The notes beneath the pieces were generated by a model. That model was not told the DNA's origin and ran no database searches. It was given only the letters and a program-made list of their open reading frames with translations. DNA of 64,000 nucleotides from the IMG/VR virus record IMGVR_UViG_3300014208_000031, positions 64,001-128,000 of that record; one strand, written 5' to 3'. Numbering within the stretch: the first letter of the stretch is position 1; each line of letters begins with the position of its first letter. Of this stretch, positions 30,326 through 40,958 are shown piece after piece. This stretch comes from a virus. The position numbers and the translations under genes were made by a program.

Positions 30326-30535
30326 TTATATACTTTGGTCGCCGGTTTGTATTAAACTTTCTAATTCTTTATTTACTCTCTCAAATTGTTCCAATACATT
30401 ACAATATTTAATATAAAAAGATTTATCTAGGATAATATTTCCGTCGAGTTTTTCTACTAAATTAATAATTTTTATTTGTGAAGTCCGCGCGGCTAAATTG
30501 ATTTTTTGGGCCATTATTTTTGGGGTAGCAACCAA
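30326..30535 (-). CDS. Hypothetical protein
   Basis: Co-oriented ORF. Confidence 0.45.
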   Translation of the reverse strand: MVATPKIMAQKINLAARTSQIKIINLVEKLDGNIILDKSFYIKYCNVLEQFERVNKELESLIQTGDQSI

Positions 30536-30939
30536 AGTTTAGAACTTGAGTTAACATTATATGCTTTTTGCCAGATTTGTGTCATGAATTTTAATAATCG
30601 CGGTGTGATTTTACATTTAATCATATAATTTTGAAGAGTATCCGGGCAGAAATTTGCGCTTCCAATCCACGAATTAGAATTTATACACCAAATCTTAGCA
30701 TGAAAGCTTGGTAAAACCTTAATACTCCACCCCATTTTAGCGTATTCCAAGACCTTAGCCTTTAATTCGTTGCAATCATGGGACTGTTTACTAAAACCAA
30801 CAACACCGCGAATCTTGGCAGCGCGATTTATATTTTTAACCACACTTTTAATTTCGTCCGGCGCGGCTATATTCCAACTAGTTATAAAAACGTCGCTTTT
30901 GGAATTTACCGATTCAAATGGCTTAAATATTTTAAACAT
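30514..30939 (-). CDS. Single-domain phospholipase D-family (HKD-like) nuclease
   Basis: FHAKIW...WIGSANF motif. Confidence 0.75.
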   Translation of the reverse strand: MFKIFKPFESVNSKSDVFITSWNIAAPDEIKSVVKNINRAAKIRGVVGFSKQSHDCNELKAKVLEYAKMGWSIKVLPSFHAKIWCINSNSWIGSANFCPDTLQNYMIKCKITPRLLKFMTQIWQKAYNVNSSSKLWLLPQK

Positions 30940-31151
30940 TAAATTTTATATAACTTTTTACCAAATCTTTTTAACCAAACTTTATTCATGTTTTCCGCTT
31001 GTTCTAATTGAGTTAATGCTTGAGATTCTGAAATTTCCCAAATACCTACGGTAAATTGTCCGCCGCCAACAAACACGGGTGGCTCAGAGCCGGGAAGCTT
31101 TTGATAGCCTAAAATACTAAGTTTTTGGATTTGAGAATGAGTTATTTTCAT
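30939..31151 (-). CDS. Hypothetical protein
   Basis: Overlapping start/stop packing. Confidence 0.5.
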   Translation of the reverse strand: MKITHSQIQKLSILGYQKLPGSEPPVFVGGGQFTVGIWEISESQALTQLEQAENMNKVWLKRFGKKLYKI

Positions 31152-31153
31152 AA

Positions 31154-32215
31154 CTATACTGCCATTTTAGCTTTAATTGGAGGGTGCGGATTATAATCCT
31201 CCAGATGAATATCATCAAATTTAAAATCAAAAATATTTTGAACTTGTGACCTTAAATACAAATCAGGTAATTCGCGCGGTTCTCTTTTTAACTGCTCTTT
31301 AACCTGATCTAAATGGTTTTCATATAGATGTAAGTCACCAAAAGTATGAATAAATTCTCCGGGAATCATATTGGTTACATGGGCTATCATACAAGTTAAT
31401 AGACTATAAGAAGCGATATTAAATGGAACACCAAGGAATAAATCTGCGCTTCTTTGATAAAGTTGACAGTTAAGACGGCGTTTAGGAATTCCCAATTTAT
31501 CTAATGCCATATTCCAATCTTTGAAAGTATGATAATCGGGATGATAATCTTTATTTAAGGATTTTCTTTCTTCTAAGGTTAATTCTTCCGTGTGGAATTG
31601 AAACATAACATGGCACGGAGGAAGCGCACAATTGTCAACCCAATAGGGATGCCAAGCGGACACAATATGGCGGCGACTATCGGGATTATTTTTAAGACTT
31701 TCTATTACTTTAGATATTTGGTCAACGTATCTAATCTCTTCTCCATCTGGAGAATCGTAGCCGTAAGGAAATTCTCTCCACATTCCCCCGTAAGTTCCTT
31801 CTCCTAAACTCGCTTCTTTTAAAGCCGCTGGATCATTACTCTTAATCGCTGCTATAAACCATTCTTTACTAAAAGGTTGACCGTTATGTTGAATCCATTT
31901 TAAACCTTTCTTTTTTAAATATTTATCGTAACAATTATCATCCCAAATATGAACATTATTATCAACTAGATATTTAATGTTTGCGGAGCCACTTAAAAAC
32001 CATAATAATTCATGAGCAACGCTATTAAAATATAGTTTTTTAGTTGTAATCGCAGGAAATCCATCGGATAGATCAAAACGCGCCTGCGCGCCAAAAACAC
32101 CAAATGTATCAATTTCAGTTCTGTTCTTTTTAAGCTTTCCGTTTTCTAAAACTAGATTTAGAAGTCTAAAATATTCGCTATCTGTATTATTCATTTTATT
32201 TTTTGTATTATTCAT
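31154..32215 (-). CDS. thyA: Thymidylate synthase
   Basis: [49 protein letters not shown]. The start is more likely 32215 or 32194 than 32275. Confidence 0.95.
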   Translation of the reverse strand: MNNTKNKMNNTDSEYFRLLNLVLENGKLKKNRTEIDTFGVFGAQARFDLSDGFPAITTKKLYFNSVAHELLWFLSGSANIKYLVDNNVHIWDDNCYDKYLKKKGLKWIQHNGQPFSKEWFIAAIKSNDPAALKEASLGEGTYGGMWREFPYGYDSPDGEEIRYVDQISKVIESLKNNPDSRRHIVSAWHPYWVDNCALPPCHVMFQFHTEELTLEERKSLNKDYHPDYHTFKDWNMALDKLGIPKRRLNCQLYQRSADLFLGVPFNIASYSLLTCMIAHVTNMIPGEFIHTFGDLHLYENHLDQVKEQLKREPRELPDLYLRSQVQNIFDFKFDDIHLEDYNPHPPIKAKMAV

Positions 32216-32228
32216 TTTATTTTTTGTA
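32183..32228. repeat. 21-bp tandem duplication at the DHFR stop / ThyA start
   Basis: TGTATTATTCATTTTATTTTT twice, plus TGTA. Confidence 0.9.
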
Positions 32229-32702
32229 ATATCTAAATACTCTGTGACCGCCCGGAAACCCTCTAACAAATTCATTCAATGGAAACATTTTGTTTATTTC
32301 GTCTTCGCTAAAAGGAAAGAACGTGTCAGAAGAATAAACTCCTTCGACATGAGTAACATATACTTCCAAGCATTTAGGAATCAAAAGTTTGTAGATTTGC
32401 GCGCCACCGCAAACAATAGAATCTTCTGGTATATATTTAATATCGTTTATATTATGAATTACTCGATCAATTCTGTTATCTCTAGAAAAAGTTTGAGTAG
32501 AGCAAACCTGGTGTTTACTTAAACAGTAAATAATACGCTTTTTTAAAGGAGGAAGAGTTAAAAACGTTTTATTTCCTACTACTATATTTTTTTCGAGAGT
32601 AAATTCTTTGAACCACTGAAAATCTTCTTTAATTTTAGGCCACGGAAGATCGTTTTTATAACCAATCCCGCCGGATTCGTCAATCGCTACAATTGCTTTC
32701 AT
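32217..32702 (-). CDS. folA: Dihydrofolate reductase
   Basis: [47 protein letters not shown]. Confidence 0.95.
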   Translation of the reverse strand: MKAIVAIDESGGIGYKNDLPWPKIKEDFQWFKEFTLEKNIVVGNKTFLTLPPLKKRIIYCLSKHQVCSTQTFSRDNRIDRVIHNINDIKYIPEDSIVCGGAQIYKLLIPKCLEVYVTHVEGVYSSDTFFPFSEDEINKMFPLNEFVRGFPGGHRVFRYYKK

Positions 32703-32713
32703 TATTTTAAATA

Positions 32714-33091
32714 TTAATCTAATTTACTATAATGTTTTCCACCGTTGCATTTAGCCCCAGCGCAGTCGCAAACATCATAACTGTAATCCCTGTGATTACC
32801 AACACTAATATATTTTCTTCTAATTGGGGTTTTACAATATTTACAAACCCAAATACTTACGTTTTTTAAAGTCATGTCACTTATTGTTCCAGTGTCCCAC
32901 CATTCAATTTTGGTTTCGTAGGCTTGGCTTATGTTTAAGTCTTTGTCTTTAAAATCTTTATAATTGTAAATTGGCCGCCCGGATTTTTTAATTGCAGTTT
33001 TTACTTTTTGTTGGTAAATTTCACGTTCCAACCGCGCAGCTTCACTTTTATGAAAATCTAATTGAGTTTTTAGCGTATTTGTTTTTATCAT
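32714..33091 (-). CDS. Hypothetical Cys-containing protein
   Basis: CKYC and CDC..C motifs. Confidence 0.55.
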   Translation of the reverse strand: MIKTNTLKTQLDFHKSEAARLEREIYQQKVKTAIKKSGRPIYNYKDFKDKDLNISQAYETKIEWWDTGTISDMTLKNVSIWVCKYCKTPIRRKYISVGNHRDYSYDVCDCAGAKCNGGKHYSKLD

Positions 33092-33108
33092 ATTTTTATT
33101 TAAAACTT

Positions 33109-33993
33109 TTAATCTGCCATAGGATTTCCATAATACCCATCCATAAAATTACCTTCTATATCTAAATACATTCTTCGATTTCCACAGCTACAACGATGAT
33201 TACCCACTGTCCAACTAGAACATTCTTGACAGCACGAAATATCAACTTCTTTGCCGTCGGGATATTCTTTGTTTCTGAAATTTTCTCTTTCTATTTCTTC
33301 AATTGATTTGAATAATTCTTCGTTGGTTGAATAACTAATTTGATATTTTTTGGCTAATTCGACGGCTAGAGCTAATTTTCTTAATTCTTTATCAGATTTT
33401 ACTTTTTCTTGTTCTATTTTAGCTATTTCTTTTAGATTGTCGGAAAGCCATTTATCAATTCTTGCTTCGTAATTTTTTAAACTTGCAAGATTGGTTTCAT
33501 ATCCGTCAGAAGTTTTAATATTTCTTTTTAAATCTTCAATATATCCAGCCGTATGAGTTGTTTCGGTTTTGCTTGAAGAACGGCTTGTTTTATAATCCCA
33601 AGTAGAATAAGTTTCACTAATTCCCAAATTTTTGAATATATTTTTAATTTTGCTTACCAATTTAATATTATTTTCAATCGCTGGGATATTCTTTTTATGA
33701 ATTTCTTCTGCATTAAGCCGGGCGACTTCTGCTTCTTTTTTAGCATTTTGCGCGGCCTCTTCTATATGTTCTCTTTTAAGTTTATCAAAAGACGGTCTAT
33801 AATAAGAATGTGAATTATTATAATAACTTTGAAAATCACTATACAATTTTCCGCAAGAATTTATAGATTCTACTTGAGAAATAACTCCAATATCTTGTCT
33901 CCATTTAGAAATTTCTTGGAGGGAAATATTTAAATTTTCTATAGATTCAAAAATTTTATATTCGGGTGTTCCGTATTTATAAGGGTTGGGCAT
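33109..33993 (-). CDS. Hypothetical coiled-coil protein with C-terminal zinc ribbon
   Basis: CCQEC..W....RCSCGNRR. Confidence 0.65.
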   Translation of the reverse strand: MPNPYKYGTPEYKIFESIENLNISLQEISKWRQDIGVISQVESINSCGKLYSDFQSYYNNSHSYYRPSFDKLKREHIEEAAQNAKKEAEVARLNAEEIHKKNIPAIENNIKLVSKIKNIFKNLGISETYSTWDYKTSRSSSKTETTHTAGYIEDLKRNIKTSDGYETNLASLKNYEARIDKWLSDNLKEIAKIEQEKVKSDKELRKLALAVELAKKYQISYSTNEELFKSIEEIERENFRNKEYPDGKEVDISCCQECSSWTVGNHRCSCGNRRMYLDIEGNFMDGYYGNPMAD

Positions 33994-33997
33994 AATT

Positions 33998-34276
33998 TTA
34001 ATTATTCTTCTCCATTATTAAGTGACTTATACAATTTACTTTACTTATTTTTATATCTTCGGCAGACAATTCGCACCAGAGGTCTAATCCTTTATTTGTT
34101 AAAAGTAACATGCATCCGGGCGCGGGCGGATCAATCGTTTTAGTATGCTCGAATTTTTTAATAGAATATGTAGGAGTTGATTCTTTGTATCCTAAACTTT
34201 CTAATTCTTTTTTAGTTGTATAAACTATATTGGAGTTTGTATTACGTTTCATCCTTATAATCCAATCCCATTTCAT
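33998..34276 (-). CDS. Hypothetical protein
   Basis: Co-oriented ORF; start uncertain. Confidence 0.45.
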   Translation of the reverse strand: MKWDWIIRMKRNTNSNIVYTTKKELESLGYKESTPTYSIKKFEHTKTIDPPAPGCMLLLTNKGLDLWCELSAEDIKISKVNCISHLIMEKNN

Positions 34277-34484
34277 CTACAAAACCTAAGTTTTGGCGCG
34301 CAATTAAAATTTCATATAATTCTCGTGCGTCCGCGCCGAATAAATTTTTCTGTCCACCCCACATTTGTAATTCTAAAGTTTCTAATCTATCGGGTGGCCT
34401 GCCCGGTTCTTCCGGCGTAAATCTATAAAACTCAATAGAGTTAGTTTCCACCATTATTGTTTTGTTTTTATTATAGTATTTCAT
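34242..34484 (-). CDS. Hypothetical protein
   Basis: Co-oriented ORF. Confidence 0.55.
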   Translation of the reverse strand: MKYYNKNKTIMVETNSIEFYRFTPEEPGRPPDRLETLELQMWGGQKNLFGADARELYEILIARQNLGFVDEMGLDYKDET

Positions 34485-34792
34485 TATTTAGTTCCAATAT
34501 ACCCATTTAATCCACCGTCAAAACCATCGGCGATTTTATTTTGTGAAAAAGTTGAATTTGTTTGAGTTACTATAGGTTTGATTTGTTCGGTAGCTTCATT
34601 CCACTTAAAATAACACCTACGACATTCAAATTCAAAATTTATTAAATCTGGAATTGGTTTTGATATACATTCCGTAAAAATCGCACGAATACTTGGTTCG
34701 TTAGAATTTAAATAGTGGAATTCAACTCGACACGCCGGACAATGAGAATATTTAGATTTAATGGGCTGGACGCCCTGTTGAATTTTTTTCAT
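34484..34792 (-). CDS. Hypothetical zinc-ribbon protein
   Basis: CPAC...CRRC; AAAGGATATA upstream. Confidence 0.6.
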   Translation of the reverse strand: MKKIQQGVQPIKSKYSHCPACRVEFHYLNSNEPSIRAIFTECISKPIPDLINFEFECRRCYFKWNEATEQIKPIVTQTNSTFSQNKIADGFDGGLNGYIGTK

Positions 34793-34844
34793 ACAAAATT
34801 ATATCCTTTTAACCGGGCGGACAATTAAACGTGTTTAAGAATGA

Positions 34845-37800
34845 TTAAACTAAGTTTAGTTCAGTTTGGGGATTTTCTACTGTAGTTTCGATTGTTTTTG
34901 GTAGTAAATCTTCTGAGTCCGCCGAGGGTAAATCTTTTAACTCCGATAAACGCCAATACACTTTTTCGCTTTGGACTGATAAATCAGATACGAAAATCGT
35001 ATCACCTTTCTTTTGTCCGCGAAATGCTATTATTTCCCCCTCTTCTGGTAATTTCTTTTCTTCATCTATATGATTCATCAATGATTTTCCACAAAATAAT
35101 AATCTACACGAAGAAGTATTGTCAGAAATATTCATTTTATAATACATATTTCCTTTTTTCGACTTACTTTTGTAAATTTCTTTGATTGTAGCCACGCAGG
35201 TTGCAGTTTCACCTTCTAACATTGATTGGAATTCTAAAATGTTAATCAAATCATTTCTTTCTTCTCCAAATACACTTTTTAATGTATGAGAATAACTGTA
35301 TCCAAGAAGTTTTTCCTCTAGAATTAAACTGGTTAGGTTTTCATGTTGTGAATTCATTTTGAAAATCTTGGAATAGCCAATGCTTTTCTTTCTTAGCGTT
35401 CCCAATCTTGTCTTGCGCGCAACTTTTTTTCCCAACGAATCTGTCCAATTATCTAAATTTTTAAGAGAATCAAGTAAATTAAAATTATTATTTTTACCAT
35501 TATTGATTAAGTATAGTTTCTCTTTGTCTGTTAAAAGATTCCAAATTTGCGCTTCCAATACCGTCTTGGTTCTAGTTTCAGTAATAAATTCATCAATACA
35601 ACCCGATTGGATCAACGCGCTAACAATTCCGATTCCTAATTTACTTTGACGAAAACATTGGAATAATTCATATTTTGTCGAATAATCAGATTTGAAGGAT
35701 TTTAACTTTTCTAAAGCAGATGAAGCAATTCCTTTGATTGAACATAATCCAAATCTTATATCGTTTCCCACAATTTCAAAGTCTAAATTACCATGTTTAA
35801 TTGATGGCGGCAATAGTTTAATATTGTATAATTGAAGTTCTTTCTGAATTGAAGCAATATATTCTTGAGAATCTGCTTCATTTTTAGACATTCTTAATAA
35901 AGCAAGAAAAAATTCTTTTGGATGATTTTCTTTAACCCATATTGTCATTGCTGTAAGCATCCCATAAAGGGCGCTGTGTGAAAAATTAAATTGGTACCCG
36001 GCGGAATCCTCAACAATTTTCCAAACTACATCGGCAATTTCCAATGGATGATTATTATCTTTACATGCTTTATAAATCTTGTCTTTAGATTCTTTAATTT
36101 TTAATTCATCTTTTTTACCAATGGCCCGGCGGACAAGTTCACAATTCTCTAAATCCATGCCTAATTTGTTAAGCATGAGTAAAACTTGCTCTTGAAACAA
36201 ACAAACGCCGCCAGTAGGCTTTAAAACATCATCAATAACATGATATGTTTCTTTATAGATTCCTTTATGTATATAATCACAGTATTTTTCTAAATAATCC
36301 ATCGCCCCCGGCCTAGATATTGCAAGACAACACGTTAATTCAAAGAAATTTTTACATTTAATTTTTTTAGCACAACTACCCTGAGCAAATGTTTCTAATT
36401 GAAAAATACCAAAAGTGCGCTCGAAATTTTGAAGTGAATCGTAAATTGATTGATCGTGAATATTTATACTAAATGGATCAATTCCAATGAGTTTAGCAGC
36501 TTCAAAAAGGGTTGAGCTTGTCTTGAGCCCCAAAATGTCAAATTTTACTGATAGGTCTTGTGCTTCATACATTGAAAAAGATGTAATTATTTCTTTAGTA
36601 GAAGATAATTCTAAAGGCATTACATCATCCATATTTTCAAATGTGATTGCTATCGCGCTGGCATGAACTGACTTACATTTTATTAACTGGTAAAGCGTTC
36701 TAGAAATCGAATATATTTCAGGATAACTATCACAAAACTTTTTAAACTCTGGAACTTCTTTATAGACTTTATCTATTGGTTCTGGTTTTCCGTAAATTGT
36801 TGGGATTAGCTCTGCAATTGGATGAACGTCTGATTCTTCTAGTTCATATAAAACTTTTCCAACCTCTTTGATTAAATTCTTAGATTGAAGTTCTTGCAAA
36901 GAAACTATTTTAGCTGTTTTACCATTAAATTTATCCCGAATGTAAGATTGAATTTCTCCCTTGCGATAGAAGCAAAAATCCTGATCCACATCACAAATTA
37001 AAGAACCTAGCAAATAAGTAATTCCGTCAACTTCTTTCTTTTTAGCTCTTACTTTACTAATAAAACGCTGAAAAAACAATTGCATCGGTAATTCTTTTCC
37101 AATTGGGTCAAGATGAATGCAACCAATCATATAAAACACCAAACTTCCACCAACTGATCCGCGTCCTGGCCCGCGCGGAATCTCGTTTTTTACAGCATAC
37201 TGATAAATATCCCAAATCGCCAAGACATAATCTACGAAACCTAAATCTTTAAATGTTTCTAACTCATATTTTAAACGTTCTGTATATTCTTTATATCGTT
37301 CTTTATCTATTTTACCATTTTCTAATTTTTCTTTAAAACCATTATAACAAACTTGTCTCAAAAAGTCATAATTTGAACAGTTTTTTCGCGCGCCAACAGC
37401 TTTCTTTTCTTCTTCACTAATTTTAATTTCAGGTAGTCTAACCCATTCATATAAAGGAAAATCATAAGTAGAAAATTTAGACTCAAAAATATTATCTTCT
37501 TTATTTTCTTGTTTTATCTCGTTCCATTTTAAAAAATTAAAGGAGTCGTCTGAGTTGTGTTCTAGATTTGGCTTGTTAATATTCGTTCTTTTAGAGATAC
37601 AACAAAGTGTTTGATAGGATTTGTATAAACTTGGAGAATAATAGTAAATTGAATGAGTTTTAACTATTGGATAATTATACTCTTTACAATATTTGTATAA
37701 CGCATCTTTAATTAGAAATGAAAATGGTAAATCATGGGTTTCGGATTCATCAAAAAATATGGGATTTGTAAAATTTAAATCTGGTAAACAGGTGTTAAAT

Positions 37801-38294
37801 TTAAGTAAATTATTTGCTATAAACGAATCAAAGAAATTAACTGTTAATGTTAAATTATTCGACCAGAGAGATTTTAGAGATTTTGAGTCAATCCGCGCAA
37901 AGTAATAAAATCCTTCGCAATGCGCGCGACTACTTATCTTGATTAAATCTTTATATCCAGCACTAGAATTACACCAAACAGTTATAGCCGATTCGGTTTT
38001 TAAAGAGCTTTCAGATTTATCATCAATATCATTGCACAGAATTAGTTTTAATCCAAATCTAAATGGAATATTATAGTATTTTGAAGTTTTATAACACTTG
38101 AAAAAGCCTGACATTGATCGGTCAGAAATATAGATATATGGCAACTTATTTTTATAAGCCGCGTGGAATACAGAAATAGGGGATTCTAAATCAATTTCAT
38201 TATCTTTTTCACATTCTTTTTCTGGTTGCTCGGCTGTAAAAAGCGCGGACCCGATAGAATAAGTTGTAGAAAAAAGAGGTATTACATTATACAT
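34845..38294 (-). CDS. dnaE: DNA polymerase III alpha subunit (family C)
   Basis: PHP-like N-terminus; RLKYEL, GPGRGSVGGSLV, DVDQDF, SVHASA, KFDILGL, GIFQLE, FQEQV, YQFNFSHS, IRFGL..IKGI; C-terminal OB fold. Confidence 0.95.
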   Translation of the reverse strand: MYNVIPLFSTTYSIGSALFTAEQPEKECEKDNEIDLESPISVFHAAYKNKLPYIYISDRSMSGFFKCYKTSKYYNIPFRFGLKLILCNDIDDKSESSLKTESAITVWCNSSAGYKDLIKISSRAHCEGFYYFARIDSKSLKSLWSNNLTLTVNFFDSFIANNLLKFNTCLPDLNFTNPIFFDESETHDLPFSFLIKDALYKYCKEYNYPIVKTHSIYYYSPSLYKSYQTLCCISKRTNINKPNLEHNSDDSFNFLKWNEIKQENKEDNIFESKFSTYDFPLYEWVRLPEIKISEEEKKAVGARKNCSNYDFLRQVCYNGFKEKLENGKIDKERYKEYTERLKYELETFKDLGFVDYVLAIWDIYQYAVKNEIPRGPGRGSVGGSLVFYMIGCIHLDPIGKELPMQLFFQRFISKVRAKKKEVDGITYLLGSLICDVDQDFCFYRKGEIQSYIRDKFNGKTAKIVSLQELQSKNLIKEVGKVLYELEESDVHPIAELIPTIYGKPEPIDKVYKEVPEFKKFCDSYPEIYSISRTLYQLIKCKSVHASAIAITFENMDDVMPLELSSTKEIITSFSMYEAQDLSVKFDILGLKTSSTLFEAAKLIGIDPFSINIHDQSIYDSLQNFERTFGIFQLETFAQGSCAKKIKCKNFFELTCCLAISRPGAMDYLEKYCDYIHKGIYKETYHVIDDVLKPTGGVCLFQEQVLLMLNKLGMDLENCELVRRAIGKKDELKIKESKDKIYKACKDNNHPLEIADVVWKIVEDSAGYQFNFSHSALYGMLTAMTIWVKENHPKEFFLALLRMSKNEADSQEYIASIQKELQLYNIKLLPPSIKHGNLDFEIVGNDIRFGLCSIKGIASSALEKLKSFKSDYSTKYELFQCFRQSKLGIGIVSALIQSGCIDEFITETRTKTVLEAQIWNLLTDKEKLYLINNGKNNNFNLLDSLKNLDNWTDSLGKKVARKTRLGTLRKKSIGYSKIFKMNSQHENLTSLILEEKLLGYSYSHTLKSVFGEERNDLINILEFQSMLEGETATCVATIKEIYKSKSKKGNMYYKMNISDNTSSCRLLFCGKSLMNHIDEEKKLPEEGEIIAFRGQKKGDTIFVSDLSVQSEKVYWRLSELKDLPSADSEDLLPKTIETTVENPQTELNLV

Positions 38295-38320
38295 CCCAAA
38301 TTTATATCCTTTATTTTTAC

Positions 38321-38659
38321 CTAAAATCCACTTCTATCTTTGCAAATTAAATCAATTTTACTATTACTTTTAGCTTTTGCTAGAACAACTTCTTTAATTA
38401 TCCGCGCGTGGCAATCGTCCCCGCAACCAGCACACCAACACTCCAAAAATACGTCTCCAGTCAGCGCGGCCTTATAAATTTCGTTCAAACAATAACAAAC
38501 TCCGGCATTTTTATTTTCAATTTGTTCGTCCAGCCAGATTTTGTATTTTGCAATTACTTCGGTTCTATCGCCATGTTTGCCTATAATAAATGGATTACCT
38601 AATCTACTTGGCCGCGCGACTGAAAACGTTCGTTTTTTATTCGTAATTATAATAGCCAT
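38321..38659 (-). CDS. DUF4326-family protein
   Basis: RPSRLGNPF.IG..GDR..VI..Y...L.CWCA...CHA. Confidence 0.8.
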   Translation of the reverse strand: MAIIITNKKRTFSVARPSRLGNPFIIGKHGDRTEVIAKYKIWLDEQIENKNAGVCYCLNEIYKAALTGDVFLECWCAGCGDDCHARIIKEVVLAKAKSNSKIDLICKDRSGF

Positions 38660-38741
38660 AATTTTTATTTTAAGGATTTAAAAGATTTTTCTTCATTTTG
38701 TTAATTATTTAGTGTAAATAGATTTTAGAAAGAATAAAAAC

Positions 38742-38921
38742 ATGATAATTATAAATAATAAAAACTATTTGGAAGTAAAAGATGTAATGGAATTGCTAAA
38801 AATAACTCATTCAAGAGTCGCTGGATTAATTTCAGAAGGTAAATTAAAAGCATTTAAACCTAGCCCGCGCAAAACTTATTTTAGTGAAGAAATGATTGAG
38901 AAATATTTAAAAGGAGAATAA
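38742..38921 (+). CDS. Small excisionase/MerR-like HTH (HTH_17) protein, not in the ORF track
   Basis: Hand translation: MIIINNKNYLEVKDVMELLKITHSRVAGLISEGKLKAFKPSPRKTYFSEEMIEKYLKGE (59 aa). AGTGTAAA at 38711. Confidence 0.8.
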   Translation: MIIINNKNYLEVKDVMELLKITHSRVAGLISEGKLKAFKPSPRKTYFSEEMIEKYLKGE

Positions 38922-38925
38922 AAAC

Positions 38926-39912
38926 ATGGCATCTAGAATTATATTTGTAGAAGAACAGATTCAAGAAATTATTTTAAAATATCAAAACGGTGAATCCTAT
39001 ACTAAAATAGCTAAATGTTTTAAATGTAACGAAGGGGTTATTTTAAGATTATTAAAAAGATATAATATCAAGGCTCGAAAATTTACAGAGTGTAGAAAAT
39101 ATAAATTAGATGAATCTTATTTTGAGAAAATTAATACCCCAAATAAAGCTTATTTCTTGGGGTTAATGTATGCGGATGGGAACGTAAGGTTTCGATCTAG
39201 AAGGAAAAATAATGTAGAGTGTGGTCAATTTCGTATTTCTCTCCAAATTGAAGATTCTCATATTATCGAAAATTTTAAAAAAGAGCTAGAGTATTCTGGG
39301 AATTTAACATCTAAAAAACAAAAAGGATGCAAAGATCAGGTTGGATTAGAAATATGTTCAACCAAAATGGCTAGAGATTTAGAAAAATTAGGTTGTATTC
39401 CGACTAAATCGTTGGTTTTAGAATTTCCTAAAGAAGAACAAGTCCCATCCAAATTACTTCACCATTTTATCCGCGGCTATTTTGACGGGGATGGGTGTAT
39501 AACCTCTCAGATAACCAAAACGGGTCATAAACAAATGAATTTTAGTATAGTTGGAACTAAAACCATTTGTGAAAACATAAACATAATATTTCATAAAAAT
39601 ATAGATACTAGTATAACTAAATTAGGAGATTTTAAAACCTATTTTGTTTATAATGTAAGCGGAAACAATAATATTCGTAAAATATACGATTATCTTTACA
39701 AGGATGCTATCGTATTTTTAATCAGAAAACATAAAAAATTTAAGGAAGTTTTTAATATACCGCATAAAAAGAAAACTTCAAAGTATAAAAATATTTATTT
39801 CGACAACACAACAAAAAGATGGGTTTTATTTTACAAGGGTAAATATATAAAATCTTTTAATACAGAAGGCGAGGCAAAGTTAGCAAAAGACATTTTTTTC
39901 AATCTCTCTTAA
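38926..39912 (+). CDS. LAGLIDADG homing endonuclease with N-terminal HTH and C-terminal AP2-like domain
   Basis: AYFLGLMYADG and FIRGYFDGDG; tail TSKYKNIYF...W...Y..SFNTEGEA. Inverted relative to its neighbours. Confidence 0.9.
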   Translation: MASRIIFVEEQIQEIILKYQNGESYTKIAKCFKCNEGVILRLLKRYNIKARKFTECRKYKLDESYFEKINTPNKAYFLGLMYADGNVRFRSRRKNNVECGQFRISLQIEDSHIIENFKKELEYSGNLTSKKQKGCKDQVGLEICSTKMARDLEKLGCIPTKSLVLEFPKEEQVPSKLLHHFIRGYFDGDGCITSQITKTGHKQMNFSIVGTKTICENINIIFHKNIDTSITKLGDFKTYFVYNVSGNNNIRKIYDYLYKDAIVFLIRKHKKFKEVFNIPHKKKTSKYKNIYFDNTTKRWVLFYKGKYIKSFNTEGEAKLAKDIFFNLS

Positions 39913-40810
39913 ATTGGTTAGTCAACGGATGTCCAGTTTTGCGTCTTTCCGGCGGCTTACTCCAATAACTTTTATTTTGTTTTTTAAATTCTTGTTCTAC
40001 TTTTTTATACATTTCAGCGCATTCTTCATCACTAAGACTCGGCATGAAACTTTTTACTTCATCATAATAATATGTATTTAAATTAACTCTACAAATTGAG
40101 CCGACCGATCCATTGCTGTAACATACTCCTATTTTCTTTTTTATTTGAACGTCAGCATTTTCATTCCAAACTTCTAAATAATTGTTTATATTATCTTGCC
40201 CCTCTAAAACTTGAAATTTTAAATGTTGTTGATTTTTTGGTTTTGGGTAATGACATGGAATATATTCTTTCAGTATATAGGTTTTAATAACTTGTCCGTC
40301 GGGCCAAAAATCACTTAAAACATCTATAATTATTGCCCCAAACTCAAACATATTGGGCAGAATATTATAAGTATTTCTTAGATGTTGTTTAAGATTAACT
40401 CGATCGCTCGGATAAAACTCTTTGCTTTTTACTTTTCTATTTTCTGTATATTTTACCTTGCTTAAAGGTATTTGTTCATAAAATTCATCTAAAGTCGGAG
40501 CGGATAATTTCCCAATATTACCAATTTTTTCTACTACTTTATCAATTAGTGGCATTTTAAACTTAAAATTTTCAGAATTCTCAGCTATCGGCGCGGATAA
40601 TTCTTCTATACTTTCACCTAATGTATCTGTTTCTTTAGAATTTTTCCACATATATTTATCATAATCTAAATCTAAAATTCCTCTAGCTGTTAATTTTCGG
40701 CCCGGCCCGGTTTTAGTCTTATTCATTTCTTCAATATGTTGGTCTAACGCAAGAATTTCTTCTGGAGTTATAGGCGCGGGCGGCTGTGTTGGATCGTTAT
40801 TGTTTTTCAT
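39899..40810 (-). CDS. Hypothetical protein
   Basis: Long ORF; likely start MKNNND at 40810. Confidence 0.6.
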   Translation of the reverse strand: MKNNNDPTQPPAPITPEEILALDQHIEEMNKTKTGPGRKLTARGILDLDYDKYMWKNSKETDTLGESIEELSAPIAENSENFKFKMPLIDKVVEKIGNIGKLSAPTLDEFYEQIPLSKVKYTENRKVKSKEFYPSDRVNLKQHLRNTYNILPNMFEFGAIIIDVLSDFWPDGQVIKTYILKEYIPCHYPKPKNQQHLKFQVLEGQDNINNYLEVWNENADVQIKKKIGVCYSNGSVGSICRVNLNTYYYDEVKSFMPSLSDEECAEMYKKVEQEFKKQNKSYWSKPPERRKTGHPLTNQFKRD

Positions 40811-40812
40811 AA

Positions 40813-40956
40813 TTATTTTTTCTTTTTCTTGTCGGCGAATCTTCCACAAACGGAGCAACGACCAATATCACCAACTATATTTCTATCGCAAACGCAATAC
40901 CATTTAGATTTGTCGGGGGCTTGGCGTTTTTCTCTGTTTGTTGGCTGATATTCCAA
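40813..40956 (-). CDS. Small zinc-ribbon protein, not in the ORF track
   Basis: TTG start: (M)EYQPTNREKRQAPDKSKWYCVCDRNIVGDIGRCSVCGRFADKKKKK. Confidence 0.5.
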   Translation of the reverse strand: MEYQPTNREKRQAPDKSKWYCVCDRNIVGDIGRCSVCGRFADKKKKK

Positions 40957-40958
40957 AA

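Noticed and set aside
34845-38294. Intein or intron in dnaE, or introns around the LAGLIDADG genes
   Set aside because: DnaE, DnaB and ThyA are of ordinary length with contiguous motifs. No split host gene or intein splice motifs flank the nucleases.
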